Shown here: positions 1 through 8,354 of the stretch, one piece after another
Layout: each line of letters opens with the position of its first letter
Position numbering within the stretch: the first letter of the stretch is position 1
NCBI GenBank assembly: GCA_040752415.1
Contig: JBFMGU010000162.1
Location: 1-24,633, forward strand
Source of the DNA: Myxococcota bacterium
Lineage (GTDB): Bacteria; Myxococcota; JACRCW01
Direction of reading: 5' to 3'
DNA length: 24,633 nt
The notes under the pieces: generated by a model
Database searches by the model: none
What the model saw: only the letters and a program-made list of their open reading frames with translations
What the model was told of the DNA's origin: nothing
Position numbers and translations under genes: made by a program

Positions 1-122
1 CGAGCGGATCGCGGACCCGGCGTTTCGTTTTCGACACAGCTGGTGCGCGTGCACGTGCTTCGGTTCCATTGGGACGACGCTCTTGGCTCCCTGGCAAGGA
101 CATGGCGTCGCGGCTCTTGGCT

Positions 123-232
123 TCCTGCCGACGAGATTGGGCGCGGCTCTTCTTGGACGACGCGCTTGGCTCACTGCCAATGAGATTGGGTGCGGCTCTG
201 TTGAAACGATGCTTGGCCGCGGGCGTAGGCAC
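123..232 (+). repeat. Outer arm A (left)
   Basis: Reverse complement of 989-1098. Built from ~47-49-bp subunits containing TTGGC-N5-GCC(A/G)A. Confidence 0.9.
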
Positions 233-374
233 TGGCGTGCAACGTCAGCCCAGCGGTTCATGACGACGGAGAATGGCCTGCAATGTAGGGGCTGCCCGTT
301 GCCGGTACCGGCGTGAACGGTGAAGGTGGCCGGCAATGGTCAGCCCCGGGCCCAGCGGTTCATGACGACGGAAA
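232..374 (+). repeat. 143-bp unit B, inverted copy, with GTAG-footed hairpin
   Basis: Near-exact reverse complement of 653-795. GTAG at 285-288 leads into a stem in which 288-305 pairs with 330-347. Confidence 0.9.
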
Positions 375-510
375 GCGGCACGCGATGTGCTGGAGCAGTT
401 GGCTCCCGTCAGCGGAGAACTGGCCCGAATCGTACGGGCTGCCGGAGCGCGTTCTGGGTGAACCGTACGCTCCGGACGCGTGGGGGCCGGTTTGGTCGTC
501 GTGGACCGGT

Positions 511-916
511 TTTCCGTCGTCATGACAACGCCGCCCGGGGCTGACCATTGCCGGGCACCTTCACCGTTCACGCCGGTACCGGCAACGGGCGGCCCCTACA
601 TTGCAGGCCATTCTCCGTCGTCATGAAACGCTGGGCCGACGTTGCACGCCAGTTTCCGTCGTCATGAACCGCTGGGCCCGGGGCTGACCATTGCCGGGCA
701 CCTTCATCGTTCACGCCGGTCCCGGCAACGGGCAGCCCCTACATTGCAGGCCATTCTCCGTCGTCATGAACCGCTGGGCCGACGTTGCACGCCAGTTTCC
801 GTCGTCATGAACCGCTGGGCCCGGGGCTGACCATTGCCGGGCACCTTCACCGTTCACGCCGGTACCGGCAACGGGCAGCCCCTACATTGCAGGCCATTCT
901 CCGTCGTCATGAACCG
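511..916 (-). repeat. Tandem array of ~2.8 unit-B copies
   Basis: Copies start at 511, 653 and 796 (TTTCCGTCGTCATGA...) and are nearly identical. CTAC (GTAG on the minus strand) lies at 596-599, 739-742 and 882-885. Confidence 0.93.
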
Positions 917-988
917 GTCGGTCCGGTCGCATCGCGTCCCGTTTGATGTCGTCAAGCCGACCGGGCTGACCATTGCCGGCCTGCGGAT

Positions 989-1098
989 GTGCTTACGCCT
1001 GCGGCCAAGCGTCGTTTCAACAGAGCCGCACCCAATCTCATTGGCAGGAAGCCAAGCGCGTCGTCCCAGAGGAGCCGCGCCCAATCTCCTCGGCAGGA
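989..1098 (-). repeat. Outer arm A (right)
   Basis: Reverse complement of 123-232. It lies 10 bp beyond the stop of the minus-strand gene ending at 1109. Confidence 0.9.
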
Positions 1099-1108
1099 CC
1101 TGACGTCG

Positions 1109-2608
1109 TCACAGCACGCCGATCTGGAACTCCGCCATGAAGCTGTTGCCATTGCGCGGCATCATCTTGCCGTCTTCCATGGGCTCCCACGTGCGCCACT
1201 GACGGGCCACCAGCGAGAAGAACAGCAGGCTGAGCCGGGTCTCACCCAGCAGCATGGACGTGCGCGCCGGCTCCCACGCCCGCGTGTAGTCCTGGAACCC
1301 GCGGTTCACGTACGCGCCCATGAACGAGAGGACGCCGAGCACGTGCAGGATGCCGCCCAGGCGCATGGACGCCTCGTTCTTGCCAAAGCGCGGGTCCAGC
1401 TGCACCAGGTCATCCAGCTCGAAGAACAGGCCGAACGTCTTCAGCAGCTGCGCGCCCAGCTGCAGGCTGTAGCCGTGACGCGCCATGGTCCGACGCGTGA
1501 TCTTGGGCGTGCCGTTGTACGCAATGCGGTCCGCCTCGTAGTTCCGGTCAAAGTACGCCGGCATGTAGTTGGGGCCCGCCAGGCGGTACTCGAACGCGCC
1601 GCCGATCTTCAGCAGCTCCAGGAAGAGGTTGAAGCGCACGCCCGGGCTCACGCCGGCGCCCCACAGGTTGGCCACCGACTCGCCCGTCGTCGCGCGTCCG
1701 TCGGTGCCCAGGCCCGCTTCACGGAAGGTGCGGCCCAGCATGGTGGCGTTGGCGTAGACGTGCGCGGAGATGATGCTGTGGTTGATGCCCACGTCGCCTT
1801 CCAGTGCCAGCGCGCCGGCCGTGCCCGGCACCTGCGCCGGCTGGTTGTCCAGCGCGTACGCCTTCACCATCGCGGGGGCCTGCGTATCCATCGCGCCGGT
1901 CACGCCCACCGTCAGCGCGCTCAAAAGAAGCGCGTAGTAGTCCAGGTTGCCCGCCGCCTCCGGCTCCACGTTGCTGTACGTGCCGTAGATCCACTCCAGG
2001 GGGCGACCGTGCACGTTGAAACCCAGGAACCGGCCCGGCTCCAGGATGTTGCCCGTCATCACCGAGCCGCCCACGCTCTTGGCGCGCGCCCCGACGACAA
2101 CGCCGAAGGTGTTGAGGTTGAACCCGCCGCTGGGGTTGTTCAGGTAGCGGTTGATGACGGAGCCGTGCCCGAAGGTGGTCTCGATGGCGCCGAGCTCACC
2201 CCACATCGTCTCGCCGTCGTCCATGAAGGTCATGCGGAAGGGCGGGAGCTCCGCCATGACGTCGTCCTGGATGCCGTTGTCGGCCTTGGGCATCAGGTTG
2301 GCGTAGCGCGAGAACGGGTGCGGCATCTTGCGCGAGACCGCCCCGGCCACGTTGTCCTCGTAGTAGTAGCTGGCCAGCGGGAAGCGGATGGTGAAGAGCC
2401 GCCCCTCGGTGCCCATGTCGGAGCCGAACGTGGTGGTGCGCGAGTCCTCCAGCATCATGAACTCCGTCTGGAGTCGCTTGCGGCGGACCTCCCGACGGGT
2501 GCCAGGGTCCAGCTGGGCTTCCTGCTCCGCCTGCGTCTGGTACTGCGCGTAGGCCGGCATGCTTGCAGCCAGCGTCGCCACTCCCATCACCATTGCGCTC
2601 AGTCTCAT
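1109..2608 (-). CDS. Exported hypothetical protein, probable outer-membrane beta-barrel (499 aa)
   Basis: GGAGG RBS before ATG 2608 and a signal peptide (MRLSAMVMGVATLAASMPAYA). Many amphipathic beta-strand-like segments and a C-terminal AEFQIGVL strand. The upstream part of the 974-aa ORF is antisense shadow. Confidence 0.75.
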   Translation of the reverse strand: MRLSAMVMGVATLAASMPAYAQYQTQAEQEAQLDPGTRREVRRKRLQTEFMMLEDSRTTTFGSDMGTEGRLFTIRFPLASYYYEDNVAGAVSRKMPHPFSRYANLMPKADNGIQDDVMAELPPFRMTFMDDGETMWGELGAIETTFGHGSVINRYLNNPSGGFNLNTFGVVVGARAKSVGGSVMTGNILEPGRFLGFNVHGRPLEWIYGTYSNVEPEAAGNLDYYALLLSALTVGVTGAMDTQAPAMVKAYALDNQPAQVPGTAGALALEGDVGINHSIISAHVYANATMLGRTFREAGLGTDGRATTGESVANLWGAGVSPGVRFNLFLELLKIGGAFEYRLAGPNYMPAYFDRNYEADRIAYNGTPKITRRTMARHGYSLQLGAQLLKTFGLFFELDDLVQLDPRFGKNEASMRLGGILHVLGVLSFMGAYVNRGFQDYTRAWEPARTSMLLGETRLSLLFFSLVARQWRTWEPMEDGKMMPRNGNSFMAEFQIGVL

Positions 2609-2845
2609 CCGTTCCTCCCGCCAAAGGCGGCCTGACGAGCCAATCGTCCCATTCAACCACGGACGGCGTGCCTTTGCCATTTTGCGCCCGCCCTGCACGT
2701 CCCGGGCCCGGCGTGCGCGCACCCGTCCCACCCTCGTGACACGACGGCCCGGCAGCTCCCGGTGTGACCGGCTGGCCACAGTCCCACCGTGAACCGCGGG
2801 TTGAGACCCCCCGTCGTCCGTGGCATGGGAAGGCGGGAGCCGTTC

Positions 2846-4093
2846 ATGGCGCAGCCACGTCCCACCTTTCGTGCACCCCTGGGCGTTGGACTGCTCGCCG
2901 TGGCGCTGTCGTGCGGCGGCAACAACGTCGACGCGCCATACAACGCCCCCAACACCGGCGAGAACACGGGGAGGTGCGGCACGCTGGCGGAGGCCAAGGC
3001 CACGCTCAAGGCATCCGCCACACGCGCGGATTTCATCCCCCTCGGCGAGATCCTGCGCGAGGAGCTCATTGCGCGCGGCAAGTTCCGCCAGCTGGTGCGC
3101 GTGGGGTTGGCGTTGTTGCGCCAGGCGCCACCCACCGGGCTGTCCGACGCGCTGCGCGGCCTCCAGCAGGGCGAGGGATTGGCCAAGCTGACTCCGCACA
3201 TGGCGGCGGTGATGGCGTACTTTGTGGGCTCCACGAACCTCCCCCTGGCGCCGGATGAGCAGTTTGCCGCCGGAGAGCACCTGGGCCCGGTGCAGGTGGT
3301 GGCCGACAGCATGCGGATCTGCCAGCCGCAGACCGCCATGGAGCTGTTGCACCGCCTGCTCAGCGTGCGCGTCCCGTGCGAGTCGTGTCCCAGCGGCAAC
3401 CGGCTCTTCCTGGCCTCCCTCACCGACGCGATTTCCGTCGTGGTCCTGGACCCCGAGCTGGGCGGCATCCTCGAGACGCTGGAGTTCTCCGACACCTCCA
3501 GCAATGAGACGGCCATCGGTCGTCGCGCATTCGCGCTGTTCCTGGACCTGCTGATGGAGGGGCTCTCCTCCACCAGCTTCAACCTCGAGTACTTCGACCA
3601 GAACCTGCGCGTGCAGGTCGACGACGTCATTGGCCGCCGGCTCAACCCCGGCGCGCGCGCCAACCTGGATGCGCTCATGGGCGTGATCCGCGCCGGACTG
3701 GATCCGGGGCTGGGTCTCATCACGCCGCTGCAGGAGACCATCCGCTGCATGCTGCGCATGGATGACAACCACGAGATTGCCAGCATGCTGTTCGACTACG
3801 TGCGCCTGGACTCGCTCGAATACCGGGATTTCGTGAGCAACATTGCCGCCACGTTCGAGACCGGGAGCGGCTCGACGCTGCTGACCTACATGTCCAACGT
3901 GTTCCGCATCCTGGCCAATGACCCGCAAGCCGCGCGTGACGTCGTCAGCAGCGTGTTGCCGCTGTTGGAGCGCGACGTGGCGCGCAAGCTGTTCCGCACC
4001 CTGGACGGCATGCGCGGCAAGGGCGTGGCGCACGGGCTGCTGGAGATGGCGGCGCGTTTCCTGGGCGGCTGCAGCGGGGAGGCACCGCCGTGA
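2846..4093 (+). CDS. Hypothetical lipoprotein, mostly alpha-helical (415 aa)
   Basis: GGGAG RBS before ATG 2846. Signal peptide with lipobox-like VALS-C. Strong GC3 codon bias. Confidence 0.75.
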   Translation: MAQPRPTFRAPLGVGLLAVALSCGGNNVDAPYNAPNTGENTGRCGTLAEAKATLKASATRADFIPLGEILREELIARGKFRQLVRVGLALLRQAPPTGLSDALRGLQQGEGLAKLTPHMAAVMAYFVGSTNLPLAPDEQFAAGEHLGPVQVVADSMRICQPQTAMELLHRLLSVRVPCESCPSGNRLFLASLTDAISVVVLDPELGGILETLEFSDTSSNETAIGRRAFALFLDLLMEGLSSTSFNLEYFDQNLRVQVDDVIGRRLNPGARANLDALMGVIRAGLDPGLGLITPLQETIRCMLRMDDNHEIASMLFDYVRLDSLEYRDFVSNIAATFETGSGSTLLTYMSNVFRILANDPQAARDVVSSVLPLLERDVARKLFRTLDGMRGKGVAHGLLEMAARFLGGCSGEAPP

Positions 4094-4602
4094 GCGTGCA
4101 CGTGGTGTGGTTCCGCTCCGACCGGTTTGTCCAGGGTCACGCGCCGCTGGCCCGGGCCGCCGCGCTGTCGCCGGTGATCTGTCTCCACGTCGTGAATCCC
4201 GGTGACGCGCGGGAGGCGGTGGAAGCGCTGGATGCCCAGCTTGTCGAGGTGGGTGGGCGGCTCACGCTGCGGCAGGGCAGCGTGGTGGCGGCGCTGGAGG
4301 AGCTGCACGAACGTCACCGCGTGGCGGCGGTGTGGGCCCACCACGAGGACGGAGACGAGGAACGCGAGGCGCAGGTGTCGACGTGGACGCGTCAGCACGG
4401 CGCCGCGTTCAAGCTGCTGGTGCGGGGAGCGCCGGAGCGCGTGCTGCGTGTGCAGGTGCCCTCCAACGTGGACCACGGAGTGTGGCGTGACGTCGTGGTG
4501 GCGACGCGTGACACGGGAGGGGTTGTCGGGGAGCCCGGTGGTGTTGAGCTGGGCCAGCAGCGCAAGCGCGTGGCGTCGGGTAGGCTCCCTGTGACGCCGT
4601 GA
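4090..4602 (+). CDS. DNA photolyase N-terminal-like domain only (possibly a truncated remnant)
   Basis: VVWFRSD..HAPLARAA..PVICLHVV..LTLRQG..VWAHHEDG..V.TW resembles the photolyase/cryptochrome N-terminal alpha/beta domain. No FAD-binding domain follows. GTGA overlap with the upstream stop. Confidence 0.65.
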   Translation: MSVHVVWFRSDRFVQGHAPLARAAALSPVICLHVVNPGDAREAVEALDAQLVEVGGRLTLRQGSVVAALEELHERHRVAAVWAHHEDGDEEREAQVSTWTRQHGAAFKLLVRGAPERVLRVQVPSNVDHGVWRDVVVATRDTGGVVGEPGGVELGQQRKRVASGRLPVTP

Positions 4603-4700
4603 CGGGAGGGGGCCTGGGTGGCAATGGACCGCCAGGAACCTGCGCCCCGTGGCGGCAAGCACTAGTGTCGCCACAGGTTCCCTGGAGTGTTCCGCACATC

Positions 4701-6209
4701 ATGGCCGACGTTGCTCCCGAGCTGACCATCAACCTTCCACCCACGGGCCGGGGCATCTTCTGCAACCGCACCCTCAACATGCGGTCCATCAACGCCATTG
4801 GCTACGACATGGACTACACGCTCATCCACTACCGCGTGGAGGAGTGGGAGCGTCGCGCGTACGCGCACATCAAGCTGCGCCTGCTGACGGCGGGCTGGCC
4901 GGTGGCGGACCTGGAGTTCGAGCCGCACCTGGTCATGCGCGGGCTCATCATCGACGTCGAGCTGGGCAACGTGCTCAAGGCCAACCGCTTTGGCTACGTG
5001 AAGCGCGCCTTCCACGGAACGCAACCGCTCGAGTTCGACCAGCAGCGCAACATCTACTCGCGCAAGATGGTGGACCTGGCGGAGGGACGGTTCGTCTTCC
5101 TCAACACGCTGTTCTCGCTCTCGGAGGGTTGCATCTACATGCAGCTCGTGGACCTGCTGGACCAGCGCAAGCTCCCCGGCGTCATGGGCTACCGGGATCT
5201 CTACTCGCGCGTGCGCCAGACCACCGACGAGGCGCACATGGAAGGCCAGCTCAAGGCGGAGATCATCGCCGAGCCGGAGCGCTTCGTGGAGCTGGACGGG
5301 GACACCGCGCTGGCCCTGCTGGATCAAAGGACGGCCGGCAAGAAGCTCATGCTCATCACCAACAGCGAGTGGGAATACACGCGGGCCATGATGGCCTACG
5401 CGTTTGACCGCTTCCTGCCCAGGGGCATGACGTGGGAGAGCCTGTTCCATTTCATCATCGTCTCCGCGCGCAAGCCGGCGTTCTTCTCGGAGCGGGGTCC
5501 CGTCTTCGAGGTCATCCGCGAGTCCGGCCTGCTGCGTCCGCTGGTGGGGCCCATGAAGCCGGGCGGCGTGTACCTGGGTGGAAACGCCGGTCTCGTCGAG
5601 CATCACCTGGGCGTGTCCGGGGATGACATCCTCTACGTGGGCGACCACATGCACACCGACGTGCACGTGAGCAAGAACGTGCTGCGCTGGCGCACCGCGC
5701 TGGTGTTGCGGGAGCTGGAAGCGGAGCTGGCGTCGGAGGACGCGTTCAAGGAGGACCAGGCCCGGCTGGACATCCTCATGGCGCGCAAGGAACGCCTGGA
5801 ATACGTGCTCAGCCAGTTGCGTCTGGACCTGCTGCGTCACAAGGACGGCTACGGTCCCAGGAGCCCGCTTCCCGTCGAGGAACTGGAGGCGCGCAAGACC
5901 GCGCTGACCGAGCAGCTCATGGAGCTGGACAAGACCATTGCGCCCCTGGCCATGGCCTCCAGCCAGCTGCACAACAAGCGCTGGGGCATGCTGATGCGCA
6001 CCGGCAATGACAAGAGCCACCTGGCGCGTCAGGTGGAGCGCTACGCGGACATCTACATGTCGCGGGTGTCCAACTTCGTCTTCCAGAGCCCGTTTGTGTA
6101 CCTGCGCTCCACGCGGGGCTCGCTCCCGCATGACCGCACCGTCGAGGTGGTGAGCGCGGAGGAGGCCTTGCGCAAGGAGCTCAGCACGCTTCCCAGGGCG
6201 CGTTCCTAG
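4701..6209 (+). CDS. HAD-IG family 5'-nucleotidase (cN-II-like)
   Basis: IFCNRTLNMRSI.AIGYDMDYTL (motif I), LITNSEWEYT (motif II), ARKP.FF and YVGDHMHTDV (motif IV). Confidence 0.93.
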   Translation: MADVAPELTINLPPTGRGIFCNRTLNMRSINAIGYDMDYTLIHYRVEEWERRAYAHIKLRLLTAGWPVADLEFEPHLVMRGLIIDVELGNVLKANRFGYVKRAFHGTQPLEFDQQRNIYSRKMVDLAEGRFVFLNTLFSLSEGCIYMQLVDLLDQRKLPGVMGYRDLYSRVRQTTDEAHMEGQLKAEIIAEPERFVELDGDTALALLDQRTAGKKLMLITNSEWEYTRAMMAYAFDRFLPRGMTWESLFHFIIVSARKPAFFSERGPVFEVIRESGLLRPLVGPMKPGGVYLGGNAGLVEHHLGVSGDDILYVGDHMHTDVHVSKNVLRWRTALVLRELEAELASEDAFKEDQARLDILMARKERLEYVLSQLRLDLLRHKDGYGPRSPLPVEELEARKTALTEQLMELDKTIAPLAMASSQLHNKRWGMLMRTGNDKSHLARQVERYADIYMSRVSNFVFQSPFVYLRSTRGSLPHDRTVEVVSAEEALRKELSTLPRARS

Positions 6210-6793
6210 TCCAGGGACTCCGCCCCGCGTTTCACCGCGCGCAGCATCTGGGGCAGGTCGCGCGTGGTGATGTAGTCCTCGAGGAACGGCGGCAGCGGGA
6301 AGCCCGTATCCAGCGAGATGGTGTAGACCGCCAGCGTGCGGCCGGGCCCGTGCGGGATGAACCGCCAGGTGCCGGTGGTGTCGTGGATGTCATTGGGCCG
6401 CGACTTGTCCAGCTGCCAGCTCACCATCCGCTCCGACGGGTGGAACGTCACGTCCAACGTGTAGCGCAGGCTGCGCAGGCCCAGGCCCACCAGGTGGAAC
6501 ACCCGCAACCGCTCCAGCGCGCGCTCCAGCACCACCACCTTCTTGAGACGGGGAATACTCTGGACGAAGCGCTCATAATCCTGCGCGAAGCGCCACACCA
6601 CGTCGGGGGGACGGTCGATCACGATGTACGCGCGTCCTTCTCCCGCCCGTCCGCCGGACGCGTTGAACGCCATGCGCGTGCGCACCACCGGCTCACCCGC
6701 TTCCAGGCGCTTCAGCTCGTCGGGGTGGGGGAGGTCGGTGCCGCCGGACGCGGCGGAGGTGGACAGGAGCAGCACCACCACGACGACACGCAT
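6206..6793 (-). CDS. SRPBCC/START-like (polyketide cyclase/dehydrase family) protein with signal peptide
   Basis: IDRPPDVVWRFAQDYERF..IPRL..., G.WRF.P..GRTLAVY and a C-terminal helix. Hydrophobic N-terminus. Start uncertain (6793 or 6805). Confidence 0.8.
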   Translation of the reverse strand: MRVVVVVLLLSTSAASGGTDLPHPDELKRLEAGEPVVRTRMAFNASGGRAGEGRAYIVIDRPPDVVWRFAQDYERFVQSIPRLKKVVVLERALERLRVFHLVGLGLRSLRYTLDVTFHPSERMVSWQLDKSRPNDIHDTTGTWRFIPHGPGRTLAVYTISLDTGFPLPPFLEDYITTRDLPQMLRAVKRGAESLD

Positions 6794-6904
6794 CCAAGGT
6801 CGCATGGATGCTGATATACCGATGAGAATCCGCGCGGGCCGGAGGGTTCCGAGGAGAGGGAACGGATCCAACACCGTGAGCGCGTCCTGCGTTCCGTCAT
6901 GTCA

Positions 6905-8188
6905 TCAGCGGGAGAAGATGCCCCACGCCGTGTGCGCCGGGCGGTCCTTCAGCCAATCCGTGGGACGGTGGCGCGCGCTCTGCGGAACCACCAGGGAGCC
7001 CACGTAGTCGGCGTTCGCGTACACCTGGCGGATGCTGTTGCTGACCTCGGCGAGATCCTCGTTGGACACCACGCCGTTGCTGGTGGCCTTGTAGAACTGC
7101 ACCGTGACGCGGATGGGGAACCGCTCGTCGCGTTCCACCTTGAGACCGCGCATCTCCTCGAAGGGACCCTGGTCCGCGCCGTGGCCCAGCACCGCCTGCT
7201 CCACGTCGGAGCCGCCGCGGCGACGCTCCGCCTTGGCCATGGGGGCACCCGCCGCCGGTGCTTCCATCTCCGCGCTCATTCCCTCAACGTCGTCGGAGAA
7301 CCAGGCCGGGGCGCGGTGCTTCAGCGGCACCTGCACGATCATCATCATGTCCGCGCCCGACTCCAGCGCGCCCTCATCCTGGTCCGTGGCCTGACCCGAG
7401 CCGATGCGCGCCGCCACGTCGGACTTGCGCTCCGCCGTGAAAGCCGTCTTCTGTCCGCCGTGATTGAAGAACAGCTGCTGACCCCAGCCCTGCAGGCTCT
7501 GGTCGCCGGGGCGGTTCTCGATCACCGTCGCGGAGAGGCCCTGGCGCGTCACCAGCAACGTGAGCACCGCGGGGGAGCCGGGCATGGACTGGTAGTTGAA
7601 CAGCACCGGGTTGAACTCCACCTTGCCGGAGCGCGGCACCGGCAGGAACACGTGCTGCGCGCTGACGAGGAAGTGGCTGTCACGCTCGGAGAGCAGGTTG
7701 CCGGTGCCCTGCAGGCTCGTCGGGTTGGAGAGGTACTCGCGCAGGTTGCGCAGCACCTCGGTGAGCGGGACCGCGGTGGGCTTTCCGCCGGGCACCTGGT
7801 TGCCCACGCGCACCCAGAGCTTGTCGGCGGGGACGTCGCCGGTGACGTCGGAGAAGTTGGGGTGGCGGATCACCGGGAGCAGGTGCGTGCGCAGCCCGTG
7901 CGGCGTCTGCTCGCGGACCTGCAGGGTCAGGTCGCTGATGTTGGGCCCCACCGCGGAGCCCTCGTGGCGGCCGGTGTCCTCCCACATCACGTTCACCACC
8001 TGCAGCCCGTGACGACCCACGCGCGACTGCAGCTCGCCGTCCTGCGGCATGGCCACCACCTGCTGGATGACGTGGCTGAAGCCCAGGTCCATTGGCGCGG
8101 GACGACACGCCTGGACGGGGACGGGACGGAGGGTGGCGGCCGCAGCGACGGAGGAGAGCAACAGACCGGCACGGGAGAGGAGGGACAT
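6905..8188 (-). CDS. Exported hypothetical protein (427 aa)
   Basis: GGAG RBS, signal-like N-terminus and strong codon bias. Motif-like blocks WEDTGR..GPNISDLTL, LFNYQS and RDERFPIRVTVQFYKAT. Confidence 0.8.
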   Translation of the reverse strand: MSLLSRAGLLLSSVAAAATLRPVPVQACRPAPMDLGFSHVIQQVVAMPQDGELQSRVGRHGLQVVNVMWEDTGRHEGSAVGPNISDLTLQVREQTPHGLRTHLLPVIRHPNFSDVTGDVPADKLWVRVGNQVPGGKPTAVPLTEVLRNLREYLSNPTSLQGTGNLLSERDSHFLVSAQHVFLPVPRSGKVEFNPVLFNYQSMPGSPAVLTLLVTRQGLSATVIENRPGDQSLQGWGQQLFFNHGGQKTAFTAERKSDVAARIGSGQATDQDEGALESGADMMMIVQVPLKHRAPAWFSDDVEGMSAEMEAPAAGAPMAKAERRRGGSDVEQAVLGHGADQGPFEEMRGLKVERDERFPIRVTVQFYKATSNGVVSNEDLAEVSNSIRQVYANADYVGSLVVPQSARHRPTDWLKDRPAHTAWGIFSR

Positions 8189-8354
8189 GGGGATGCTCCG
8201 GTGGAAGGGGTGCCTCTGTTCACGTCCCAGCCCGCCGGAAGTTCTCCCGGATCACGCGCGCCGTGAGGATCTCGTTCCCGCCCAGGCTTGCCGCCGCCGC
8301 GGCCCGCCAGCATGTACGCCGATGTGCGCGGCTGCGGCCGCGAGGAGGTCGCCC

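Larger units (their letters stand above)
71..1098. repeat. Non-coding nested inverted/tandem repeat mosaic (REP/BIME/REPIN-like)
   Basis: Outer 110-bp inverted arms at 123-232 and 989-1098 (8 mismatches by manual alignment). One inverted 143-bp unit at 232-374 and tandem direct copies at 511-652, 653-795 and 796-916 (truncated). The period is not a multiple of 3. Confidence 0.92.

Noticed and set aside
1..70. Possible 3' end of an upstream gene (frame 2: ERIADPAFRFRHSW...)
   Set aside because: Too short to assign, and it reads straight into the repeat. Upstream sequence is needed.
513..916. CRISPR array interpretation of the 24-bp core repeats
   Set aside because: The intervening sequences are themselves repeated and alternate between ~78 and 17 bp rather than being unique and uniform. 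No cas genes are in the window.
69..1152. Short ORFs within the repeat region
   Set aside because: They are translations of the repeats in shifting frames (143-bp period), with no convincing RBS or coding bias.
2609..4033. N-terminal 475 aa of the 974-aa minus-strand ORF
   Set aside because: Mostly antisense to the 2846-4093 lipoprotein gene. A clear RBS and signal peptide mark the true start at 2608.
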